Both the position numbers and the translations under genes were made by a program. Of a stretch of DNA of 19,594 bases, positions 1-10,941 are shown piece by piece (position 1 is the stretch's first letter; each line of letters starts with the position of its first letter). The notes beneath the pieces were generated by a model. The model was given only the letters and a program-made list of their open reading frames with translations. It was not told the origin of the DNA and ran no database searches. The DNA is from Tubiluchus corallicola (taxonomy: Eukaryota; Animalia; Priapulida): assembly GCA_030141605.1 (NCBI GenBank), contig JAQGDQ010001948.1:1-19594 (forward strand), given 5' to 3'.

Positions 1-502
1 TATATAAGCCTATGTGTAACTCGTTAAAGCAAGATAGTTTTGTTACCTCTTTTCCCGCCCTCGTTTCGACATTTGCTTTTGATCCTTAGAAACTTCTATT
101 TGCTAAAGTGAAAGAGTAAGAATTTCAAAGCGTAAATATCTTGTAGCCTTTGAATCAGGAATAAGTTTGCACAGTTTTGCAAACCAGCGGCGAGATTTCT
201 AACAGAACTTTATCCGTTTTTTCTTTCGCTGGTGGAAATGGTCAGACAGCCTGTAAAGCTGAATACCTGCAGGAATTCAAATGCGGGTCTCTTGGGCTGT
301 TCTGTACATAATTCTTCGCCTTAATCTCTTTTCAACACGGCATTTTTGAAAGTGAAATCTGTCCTATTATTACACAACGTACAGTAATGTGCATTGTTGC
401 TGGTATTCAGAGTGAAACATGTAGCAGTAAAAGAAATCTTGGTCACCATTAAGGTTGCTCTTGCAGGTGACGATGCGATCGTAAAGTTTGTATTGTTATT
501 AA

Positions 503-1047
503 CCCTTTCAATCCCAAATTATTTTTTAATAAGAAATTTTTTTTGGCTTGGTACTTTTGTTCAGTATGTCCATCTTGTTTACACATAATAATTATTATTT
601 TTCTACCTGTGTCCGCGTGCTAAATATAGCCTGTATCCCATGGGATACATTGAGATTCAATGGAAGCATAAAATGTGCTTCATTTTGCAACTGATGATAA
701 TTTTTTAAACTACTTAAGACATTTAGTATGTATGCTATGCTGATCTGTACAAAGTCGCCTCTAATGTACGTTGCAACTGCTGATAATTTTTTAAAGTATT
801 TAAGACATTTAGTATGCACGCTATGCTGATCTGTACAAAGTCGTCTCTAAAGTACTGTACATTGCGCAGTTTTTTATGCTATGTAGATTTTCTAGTTTGC
901 CATTTTATCACTATTTTTAGTCCATTGTTATTGGCTTAAATCAAAATAACTATTAACAGATGATATAACTCTCAGTTTTAAAATTTTATTAATTCTAAAG
1001 GCAGAAAATATTTTCGTATCCCACGATATACAACGGGTATGAAAGGG
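503..1047. mobile_element. piggyBac-like non-autonomous DNA transposon (MITE), 545 bp
   Basis: TTAA at 499-502 and 1048-1051 flank terminal inverted repeats CCCTTTCAATCCC (503-515) and GGGTATGAAAGGG (1035-1047; reverse complement CCCTTTCATACCC, 11/13 match). A TTAA target duplication with CCC...GGG termini is the piggyBac signature. Internal palindrome TGTATCCCATGGGATACA at 632-649 has a degenerate copy GTATCCCACGATATAC at 1016-1031. No transposase ORF. Confidence 0.75.
685..856 (+). repeat. Two-copy 86-bp tandem duplication inside the piggyBac-like element
   Basis: TTGCAACTG.TGATAATTTTTTAAA.TA.TTAAGACATTTAGTATG...GCTATGCTGATCTGTACAAAGTCG.CTCTAA.GTAC starts at 685 and again at 771, with a few substitutions. 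Confidence 0.9.
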
Positions 1048-1721
1048 TTAAAATAATATTTACGAATTGTTCTAGAAGCTTTAGGTAAGCTAAATTACAA
1101 GTTCTTTGTTCTTTATTACGTGGCCTACAGAATATTTTTCCAAGATAAAAATTTATAGCTCTATTTTGTAGCTGTTCTGATTTGAGTATATGAGTATAGT
1201 AAGAAGGAAGACAGAATGATTTTTAATTTACTACACCATAACAAAGTCCGATGAATAGTATACATTTTAACACAATTAATACTGCAAATGCGTTCTGAGA
1301 TAAAATTTCAAATTTACCGCTGTACTCACGCATGAGCTCTCGCAAGCGTGCAGTTCGTCACACACTAACACAACTGAACTGAGAGGTACAGCACCTGTTT
1401 TTTGTACAATGCGTTAACGAAATACAGGCACTAGTGCCCGTGTAACTATAGCGAATGGCGAAATGCATGCAACAGCGAAGAACTAGTGGCGCGAACGTGA
1501 AATTGTGTTTGTGTGGTAATAATTTTTTCACGTAAGCAATTTTTGAAAAAATAGTATGTTTCCTTTCAATATTTTAAAGAATAGATTGTTTTGACCCACA
1601 GGTTAAGATTGGGTCCGATTTTGTTTTAAGTAAAATATTAAAATAATCAAAGGAAAAACTAAAAGCCAGTCGATAGCAATCGTTTATCTTTTTAGAGAAG
1701 AGTTGTCATTGAAATGCCGTA

Positions 1722-4280
1722 AATGACACCAAGACAACTTGTAATGAAAACAAGACAACTTTTAATGAAAATAAGACAACTTGTAATGAAAACAAGAGAA
1801 CTTGTAATGAAAACAAGAGAACTTGTAATGAAAACAAGACAACTTGTAATGAAAACAAGAGAACTTGTAATGAAAACAAGACAACTTGTAATGAAAACAA
1901 GAGAACTTGTAATGAAAACAAGACAACTTGTAATGAAAACAAGACAACTTGTAATGAAAACAAGACAACTTGTAATGAAAACAAGCAACTTGTAATGAAA
2001 CCAAGACAACTTGTAACGAAAACAAGCAACTTGTAATGAAACCAAGACAACTTGTAATGAAGACAAGACAACTTGTAATGAAAACAAGACAACTTGTAAT
2101 GAAAACAAGACAACTTGTAATGAAAACAAGAGAACTTGTAATGAAAACAAGGCAACTTGTAATGAAACCAAGACAACTTGTAATGAAAACAAGAGAACTT
2201 GTAATGAAAACAAGACAACAAAAATAAGAGAACTTGTAATGAAAACAAGACAACTTGTAATGAAAACAAGAGAACTTGTAATGAAAACAAGCAACTTGTA
2301 ATGAAAACAAGACAACTTGTAATGAAGACAAGACAACTTGTAATGAAAACAAGACAACTTGTAATGAAAACAAGACAACTTGTAATGAAAACAAGCAACT
2401 TGTAATGAAACCAAGACAACTTGTAATAAAAACAAGACAACTGGTAATGAAGACAAGACAACTTGTAATGAAAACAAGACAACTTGTAATGAAACAAAGA
2501 CAACTTGTAATGAAACCAAGACAACTTGTAATGAAAACAAGACAACTTGTAATAAAAACAAGACAACTGGTAATGAAGACAAGACAACTTGTAATGAAAA
2601 CAAGACAACTTGTAATGAAAACAAGACAACTTGTGAGTGAAAAACAGACAACTTGTAATGAAAAGCAAGACAACTTGTAATAAAAACAAGACAACTGGTA
2701 ATGAAGACAAGACAACTTGTAATGTGAAAACAAGACAACTTGTAATGAAAACAAGACAACTTGTAATGAAAACAAGCAACTTGTAATGAAACCAAGACAA
2801 CTTGTAATGAAGACAAGACAACTTGTAATGAAAACAAGACAACTTGTAATGAAGACAAGACAACTTGTAATGAAAACAAGACAACTTGTAATGAAGACAA
2901 GACAACTTGTAATGAAAACAAGACAACTTGTAATGAAAACAAGAGAACTTGTAATGAAAACAAGCAACTTGTAATGAAACCAAGACAACTTGTAATGAAA
3001 ACAAGCAACTTGTAATGAAGACAAGACAACTTGTAATGAAAACAAGACAACTTGTAATGAAAACAAGACAACTTGTAATGAAAATAAGACAACTTGTAAT
3101 GAAGACAAGACAACTTGTATTGAAAACAAGACAACTTGTAATGAGAACAAGACAACTTGTAATGAAAACAAGACAACTTGTAATGAGAACAAGACAACTT
3201 GTAATGAAAACAAGCAACTTGTAATGAAAACAAGCAACTTGTAATGAAACCAAGTCAACTTGTAATGAAAACAAGCAACTTGTAATGAAACCAAGACAAC
3301 TTGTAATGAAGACAAGACAACTTGTAATGAAAACAAGACAACTTGTAATGAAAATAAGACAACTTGTAATGAAAGCAAGACAACTTGTAATGAAAATAAG
3401 GCAACTTGTAATGAAAACAAGACAACTTGTAATGAAAGCAAGACAACTTGCAAATGAAAGCAAGACAACTTGTAATGAAAGCAAGACAACTTGTAATGAA
3501 AAAAGACAACTTGTAATGAAACAAAGACAACTTGTAATGAAAACAAGACAACTTGTGATGAAACAAAGACAACTTGTAATGAAAACAAGACAACTTGTAA
3601 TGAAAACAAGACAACTTGTAATGAAACAAAGACAACTTGTAATGAAAACAAGACAACTTGTAATGAAAACAAGACAACTTGTAATGAAACCAAGACAACT
3701 TGTAATGAAAACAAGAGAACTTGTAATAAAAACAAGACAACTGGTAATGAAGACAAGACAACTTGTAATGAAAACAAGACAACTTGTAATGAAAACAAGA
3801 CAACTTGTAATGAAAACAAGACAACTTGTAATGAAAACAAGACAACTTGTAATAAAAACAAGACAACTGGTAATGAAGACAAGACAACTTGTAATGAAAA
3901 CAAGACAACTTGTAATGAAAACAAGACAACTTGTAATGAAAACAAGACAACTTGTAATGAAAACAAGACAACTTGTAATGAAAACAAGACAACTTGTAAT
4001 GAAAACAAGACAACTTGTAATGAAAACAAGACAACTTGTAATGAAAACAAGACAACTTGTAATGAAAACAAGACAACGTGTAATGAAAACAAGACAACTT
4101 ATAATGAAGACAAGACAACTTGTAATGAAAACAAGACAACTTGTAATGAAAACAAGACAACTTGTAATGAAAACAAGACAACTTGTAATGAAAATAAGAC
4201 AACTTGTAATGAAAATAAGAGAACTTGTAATGAAAACAAGACAACTTGTAATGAAACCAATACAACTTGTAATGAAAGCA
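1722..4280. repeat. 21-bp minisatellite (GACAACTTGTAATGAAAACAA)n, ~120 copies, with 20-bp variants
   Basis: Directly visible head-to-tail array with no spacers. It produces the periodic MKTRQLV/FITSCLV/FHYKLSC/FSLQVVL ORFs. Confidence 0.98.
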
Positions 4281-4954
4281 ATTCTCAGTTACTTGGTTCG
4301 TAGAGGTTTTGCAATCTCTAATCAGCTTATTCAGCTTATTTATTTTGACAAACAATTTTGCCCGATTGTGCGCTTCACAGAGAATCCTCACATAGGCCCG
4401 CCTATGCAAATCCATTTATTCACAGGTACCTGCCTTAAGAGTGCAGGCTAATAAACCCTGTATTTTTGGGGATCCACGTTTGATGCTATAGTAACAACGT
4501 AGCTTATCTTAATTAGTAATTCAAAGGTAGTTTTGTAAGGGTGTGAAATTATGCTTAAACGGATTAGTACCAAACAGTACCGACTTACGTGGTTTTCGTG
4601 AATACGATTTTTCGTTTGCTATTGAAATGCTGACCTGAAATTAACATCTTAATCCAGTACAGTCTGCTTGACTTTGTCTCACAAAGAAAAGAGAGGAAGA
4701 TCGAGGATTCGATAAATTTAAAGTTCAAGAAAAGGCAAATTTAAAGTATGTCCGAAAATCTTTTCATTAAAAAGTTATATTACTTTGCATTTCGCTAATC
4801 TGTTTAAAGGGCTTATGTAACTAGAAAAGAGAATTTTTAGTAATTTAAAACTGATAAAACGTCATTGAAAAACCTTCCCAGTGTGCACCACTGACTCACC
4901 AGAAAAGTGTTATTAATCTAATTTACAGGATAAAGTCATTCCACTTTTGCTTAG

Positions 4955-5056
4955 TTAGTGACGTGCGTGCTGCGCATGCTCTGATTATTTATTCAAATTT
5001 TACGCAATGTTATCTAAACTTGTTTCAAACGACCTACCGTCAAAATGGCTGCGCCT
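4955..5056 (+). promoter_or_regulatory. Possible promoter/enhancer motif cluster upstream of the first coding exon
   Basis: GTGACGT (CRE/ATF-like, ~4958-4964), TGCGCATGC (NRF1-like, 4971-4979) and CAAAATGGCTGC (YY1-like, 5041-5052) in a locally CpG-richer patch ~200-300 bp before the ATG. It could instead be part of an unrecognised repeat. Confidence 0.3.
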
Positions 5057-5263
5057 AGCGGTCATCGTGGGAGTTTAAATTCTCAAGTTTTATACTGGGT
5101 TACTGCCGATGCAAGCGCTGTGTGTAACAAGGCAGTATGTAGGTCAAGACGAATATTTTAACTTTATCAAAGTAAAACGTCTTCTTGTCTTTCAAAACTG
5201 AGACATATTGTCTGGATGCAATACATTTATGTACATTTTTATGTTTCAGCTGGTAAGCACGAA

Positions 5264-5314
5264 ATGGGAAAATCAGATGGTGTTTTCTTACTATGGATGC
5301 TTTTAGAATTTGTG
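5264..5314 (+). CDS. Coding exon 1 of a secreted low-complexity protein: start of signal peptide MGKSDGVFLLWMLLEFV
   Basis: ATG in good context (GAAATGG), hydrophobic stretch, ends on a codon boundary at a consensus donor GTG|GTGAGT (5315). Preceded by an acceptor-like TTTTTATGTTTCAG ending at 5249. Phase matches the 8550 acceptor. Confidence 0.75.
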
Positions 5315-5496
5315 GTGAGTTTGCAGTTTTTGCGCTCAAACAACGCTTATCCTATCTCTAATTTTAAAGGAAGTGGTGCTGACAAGCAGTGTCTAGTTTT
5401 TTTGCTGGATTACTGCTGCGTTTACCTGTCTGAAGGCAGATTTCTTTTATTTTAGAATTCCGCCTGCCCAATGTCTACAATAGACGTGACGGGCGT

Positions 5497-5672
<176 letters not shown>

Positions 5673-6168
5673 ATCTCAAATTGATATACGCACAGAGTTT
5701 TTAACATCGCGTCACAAAAACTTTCACATCTTTGTGAGATTTCTTTTCGATTTCTTAACAGCACAGATTGCTTCTTCTTGTCCCCCAATATAGGCGCGAT
5801 ATTAATGCCACGTCGTGCCTTTTCGTCACAAACCGTTACAACAATTAAAAAGCTTTCTGTTGAAGTATACATAACATGCTCTCCAAATTAAGAGGAATTC
5901 CACGTTTTCTGATCAAACTGAAAGATACATCAAGGATCGAGTCATTGATTGTTTCCAATATAAAATTAGAATTCATCTGTGCAATTCAGTTGAAGATTAA
6001 GGTCAGTGAGCTATGATAAGAGGTAGGGTCCTAATTGGATTAGATTTTAAATTGTCATAAACGTATCCGTGGCACACAAGAAAGTTATTAAACTGTTTAA
6101 AAGCCGACTCACAAGCTGTTCTTTGTTTAACGAAAAGTCAGCAAGTTTGATGATTTTAACTGCTGTGT

Positions 6169-7815
6169 CTCAGCTGTCATGCTACTGTGTGACATATTTT
6201 GATCAAGGATAAATGATGTACTGCAGTTTTTACATATGAACCTCAGCTGTCATGCTACTGTGTGACACATTTTGATCAAGGATAAATGATATACTGCAGT
6301 TTTTACATATGAACCTCAGCTGTCATGTTACTGTGTGACACATTTTGATCAAGGATAAATGATATACTGCAGTTTTTACATATGAACCTCAGCTGTCATG
6401 CTACTGTGTGACATATTTTGATCAAGGATAAATGATGTACTGCAGGTTTTACATATGAACCTCAGCTGTCATGCTACTGTGTGACACATTTTGATCAAGG
6501 ATAAATGATGTACTGCAGTTTTTACATATGAACCTCAGCTCTCATGCTACTGTGTGACATATTTTGATCAAGGATAAATGATGTACTGCAGTTTTTACAT
6601 ATGAACCTCAGCTCTCATGCTACTGTGTGACATATTTTGATCAAGGATAAATGATGTACTGCAGTTTTTTCATATGAACCTCAGCTGTCATGCTACTGTG
6701 TGACATATTTTGATCAAGGATAAATGATGTACTGCAGGTTTTACATATGAACCTCAGCTGTCATGCTACTGTGTGACATATTTTGATCAAGGATAAATGA
6801 TATACTGCAGTTTTTACATATGAACCTCAGCTGTCATGCTACTGTGTGACATATTTTGATCAAGGATAAATGATATACTGCAGTTTTTTACATATGAACC
6901 TCAGCTGTCATGCTTCTGTGTGACATATTTTGATCAAGGATAAATGATGTACTGCAGTTTCTACATATGAACCTCAGCTGTCATGCTACTGTGTGACATA
7001 TTTTGATCAAGGATAAATGATATACTGCAGTTTTTACATATGAACCTGAGCTGTCATGCTACTGTGTGACACATTTTGATCAAGGATAAATGATATACTG
7101 CAGTTTTTACATATGAACCTCAGCTGTCATGCTACTGTGTGACATATTTTGATCAAGGATAAATGATATACTGCAGTTTCAACATATGAACCTCAGTTGT
7201 CATGCTACTGTGTGACATATTTTGATCAAGGATAAATGATGTACTGCAGTTTTTACGTATGAACCTCAGTTGTCATGCTACTGTGTGACATATTTTGATC
7301 AAGGATAAATGATATACTGCAGTTTTTACATATGAACCTCAGCTGTCATGCTACTGTGTGACATATTTTGATCAAGGATAAATGATATACTGCAGTTTTT
7401 ACATATGAACCTCAGCTGTCATGCTACTGTGTGACACATTTTGATCAAGGATAAATGATGCACTGCAGTTTTTACATATGAACCTCAGTTGTCATGCTAC
7501 TGTGTGACATATTTTGATCAAGGATAAATGATATACTGCAGTTTTTACATATGAACCTCAGCTGTCAAGCTACTGTGTGACACATTTTGATCAAGGATAA
7601 ATGATGCACTGCAGTTTTTACATATGAACCTCAGTTGTCATGCTACTGTGTGACATATTTTGATCAAGGATAAATGATGTACTGCAGTTTTTACATATGA
7701 ACCTCAGCTGTCATGCTACTGTGTGACATATTTTGATCAAGGATAAATGATATACTGCAGTTTTTACATATGAACCTCAGCTGTCATGCTACTGTGTGAC
7801 ATATTTTGATCAAGG
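6169..7815. repeat. 73-bp minisatellite, ~22.5 copies, intronic
   Basis: Unit CCTCAGCTGTCATGCTACTGTGTGACATATTTTGATCAAGGATAAATGATRTACTGCAGTTTTTACATATGAA; CAGCTG recurs at 6171, 6244, 6317 (period 73). Confidence 0.98.
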
Positions 7816-8100
7816 CATGGCTAGAAGATACATATTGAAATATTGATGATAAAGGAAGATGTGCAAGACAACAATTCCTAATCATAAGAATAAATACAAT
7901 TGAGAAAAACCCCAAAATGAAAAAAGAAAAAAAACACGGCGTTTCAATCGGCTGTTGCCCTGCCTGACGCGTGGTATTTAGGGTAAAAGTGGGGTAATAA
8001 TAGTCTTTCTTATGTAGTTGTAGGTTGTTATTTACAGTCGGTGATAATAGCTCTTTGAGCTAATGTTAATTGTTGACCCAAAAGTCGACTTTAAATAAAG

Positions 8101-8354
<254 letters not shown>

Positions 8355-8550
8355 CTATAAATTTGAGCAAAATGTTATAGCAAGTTTTCACTTATCGGGT
8401 TTTGTTTGACTTTGGGTTAACTGTTGTAAACAATTCAGAACAATGAATAATAGTTCATTGTTCAGAACAATAGTTACTTGTAAACTGTGTTATTTTGAAG
8501 TTCAAGTTTACCGTGTTTTGAAACTAACAGTTTCTGCTAATGACTTTCAG

Positions 8551-10941
8551 GTACTGGCATCGTTAGGACAAGAACACAATGTGCAGTATGGAACTAGAGC
8601 AGTAAGGAGACAGCAACCGGGCGTCCATCAACGTGGAGCATATTTTTCTGCAACGAATCCTTATCAGCCGAATTACCAGCGTGGCAACGTTCCTGTACCT
8701 CAAACGTACAGTCTTAGACAACAGCCTGTTGCAAACCCGCGTGAGTCTAATGTGCCAACTGTACCTCAAACGTACAGTCCTAGACATCAGCCTGTTGCAA
8801 ACCCGCGTGAGTCTGTGCCAACTGTACCTCAAACGTACAGTCCTAGACATCAGCCTGTTGCAAACCCGCGTGAGTCTAATGTGCCAACTGTACCTCAAAC
8901 GTACAGTCCTAGACATCAGCCTGTTGCAAACCCGCGTGAGTCTAATGTGCCAACTGTACCTCAAACGTACAGTCCTAGACATCAGCCTGTTGCAAACCCG
9001 CGTGAGTCTAATGTGCCAACTGGAGTGAATCCGCAGCTACCTCCTCGAGGACCCAGGCGAAACGACGTCCCGACTCCACCACAGTCACCGCATCCTGCGC
9101 AGAATTCGTATAACAGAAGAGAAGTGAACAGGTCGCGTGGCAGGCCAAAAGTGATTTACAAAGTTTCTCGCGACGTAGAGCCTGCCTTCGATGCTCGAGG
9201 TAATCCATTTGGAGACGGCTTGCGGGGGACGAGTCGACGTATAACTGCAGATGTTGAGTACGTTGTTCCATATCAGCAGAATGACACTAGACCTCTCTCA
9301 CCGAATGGCAACACGTTGCCAAATTCGGGAAGAGGTCCTAATTATATTCCGCCAAGTGGCATTGACCGTCATGTGGCTGATGGTCAGGTGACAGTAAATC
9401 GTTTCCTTGGTAACGCTATACCAGAAGAGGACATGAAAAAGGAAGCTGAGGATCCTACCGTGAAGGTGTTTAAACACGGGTACAACACGAAAAAGTACAA
9501 ATTAGAAGACACGGAACATGAACACGAAAAGGACTTCAAGTACCGCTATACTTACGGTCACAAGTTTTTCAAACCCACACCGATTTCAATTTCAGGTGTG
9601 GGTCCGTTTTACATCTACCCCTACGGTAAAGGCGGGCAAATTTACGGTGGTGCTGGGTACACGTATGGCGAAGAGCAGGGACAGAAGAAATACGAAGAAA
9701 TTGAAGTGGATGAGGTGGGAGAGAAGGGAATTGGCCGTGCTTCTGCAGAATACACAGTTAAACCAGAAGTAGAAGAGCACACCTCTGCACCTTATCCACC
9801 ACAAGAAGTTAGGCCATCGTCATTTACACCCATCCAACCCAGATATCCACAGGCAAACGTAGCTAACTCACAGAGAGAATACATTGCAAGGCCATTAACT
9901 CAGGGACAACCAAACCTCGCACAGAGACAACCTGTAGCTGTAGTACCACAACATCTACCAAGGAGCTCTAGATCCATATATCCTCAGCCTTTAACAAACA
10001 AACAACTACCTACTACTACGCAAAACCAGGCAGGTTTAGCCAGGGTTTCATTTGTGAGGCAACCTAGCGCCGTTGCATCTCAACAGCAAAGGCAAATATA
10101 CTCATCTGTATCACGGCCATCCAGACAGGAGCAATATAGGGTATCGAGCCCGCAAGCGACGCCAACAGCAGTACAACCTAATATCGCTGCACATCAACCG
10201 AGACAGATGTACCCATCTATAATACGGTCATCCAGACAAGAACAATATAGGAGAGCGCAAACCTCAAATCCCAGTTATCCAGCACAAGAGAACTCCTATA
10301 ATAGACCATCTTCTCTTGGAGAACCACACAGACCTTTAGAGGCTATATCGTCCAGTCGGGGCAATGCACCGTACCGTGGAACCAGTCCAGCAAGACAGGC
10401 GGCGGGACACCCACCGTCATCACGTAATCCAGTAGCAGAAAGCCAAACAGGAGCATACTCTGTAGCTAGGCCACTGCCTCAACAAGTGAATAGACCATTA
10501 GAAAATAGACCATCAAATATTTATCTGCCTTCTGGGCAGACCCACTCAGCAGTTCCTGTGGCAAGCAGTCCAGGAGTAGGTTACACATCACTATCAGTTA
10601 CTCCAAAAAGACAAGCTCACTCTGCCACCAGACCAGCTGTAGGCCTGCCTGCACAGCAACACGTGTCTCCTGGAGCGAATTCACCATCAGCAGCACAAGC
10701 ATATATGCATCTCGGAACAAGCGTTCAACAACAGTACGTGGCAGTGCAGCAGCTGCCAGCTAATCCCGTTGCTCTTTTCCCCGTCCAAGCTATTCTTTCA
10801 TATCAACAACAACTGCAGCAGCCATTCGTAACAAACAGCGAGATATCAAAATTTCCACTAAATAACTCTAAACGTGCAATTTCGCAAATGTCGGACAGTA
10901 TTACAGCGCTGAAACAGCAAAACTTCCACCAGCGACAATAA
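8551..10941 (+). CDS. Coding exon 2 (796 aa) of an uncharacterised secreted Pro/Gln/Arg/Ser-rich, largely disordered protein; matrix/structural-protein-like
   Basis: 2.4-kb stop-free frame that is mostly non-repetitive and visibly more GC-rich than the flanks. The GC shift begins at the TTTCAG acceptor (8550), not at the ORF-track ATG (8443). Repeat-unit indels are multiples of 3. Starts VLASLG|QEH, which completes the signal peptide. No Cys or Trp. Confidence 0.9.
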   Translation, partial: VLASLGQEHNVQYGTRAVRRQQPGVHQRGAYFSATNPYQPNYQRGNVPVPQTYSLRQQPVANPRESNVPTVPQTYSPRHQPVANPRESVPTVPQTYSPRHQPVANPRESNVPTVPQTYSPRHQPVANPRESNVPTVPQTYSPRHQPVANPRESNVPTGVNPQLPPRGPRRNDVPTPPQSPHPAQNSYNRREVNRSRGRPKVIYKVSRDVEPAFDARGNPFGDGLRGTSRRITADVEYVVPYQQNDTRPLSPNGNTLPNSGRGPNYIPPSGIDRHVADGQVTVNRFLGNAIPEEDMKKEAEDPTVKVFKHGYNTKKYKLEDTEHEHEKDFKYRYTYGHKFFKPTPISISGVGPFYIYPYGKGGQIYGGAGYTYGEEQGQKKYEEIEVDEVGEKGIGRASAEYTVKPEVEEHTSAPYPPQEVRPSSFTPIQPRYPQANVANSQREYIARPLTQGQPNLAQRQPVAVVPQHLPRSSRSIYPQPLTNKQLPTTTQNQAGLARVSFVRQPSAVASQQQRQIYSSVSRPSRQEQYRVSSPQATPTAVQPNIAAHQPRQMYPSIIRSSRQEQYRRAQTSNPSYPAQENSYNRPSSLGEPHRPLEAISSSRGNAPYRGTSPARQAAGHPPSSRNPVAESQTGAYSVARPLPQQVNRPLENRPSNIYLPSGQTHSAVPVASSPGVGYTSLSVTPKRQAHSATRPAVGLPAQQHVSPGANSPSAAQAYMHLGTSVQQQYVAVQQLPANPVALFPVQAILSYQQQLQQPFVTNSEISKFPLNNSKRAISQMSDSITALKQQNFHQRQ
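8686..9021 (+). repeat. Coding tandem repeat, 66-bp / 22-aa unit NVPTVPQTYSPRHQPVANPRES, 5 copies plus a partial
   Basis: Units start at 8686, 8749, 8815, 8878, 8944 and 9010 (partial). Two units are 63 bp (one codon shorter), preserving frame. Confidence 0.95.

Noticed and set aside
1692-4451. Long ORFs of 386-776 aa on both strands
   Set aside because: Heptapeptide translations of the 21-bp minisatellite. The 20-bp variant units shift frame freely, so there is no coding constraint.
4803-5078. TTAAAGGG... to ...GGGAGTTTAA as a Kolobok-type element
   Set aside because: The two ends are not complementary beyond the TTAAA.
7931-7995. Short GC-richer patch (GCCCTGCCTGACGCGTGGTATTTAGGG) vaguely like a SINE core fragment
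   Set aside because: Too short, with no tRNA-derived A/B boxes or target duplication; needs a repeat-library search.
8443-8550. ORF-track N-terminus MNNSSLFRTIVTCKLCYF... as the true start
   Set aside because: AT-rich, intron-like sequence ending in a branch point and TTTCAG acceptor; splicing from 5314 gives a much better signal peptide.
8563-9804. Antisense and alternate-frame ORFs overlapping the main exon
   Set aside because: Shadows of the real CDS and its 66-bp repeat.
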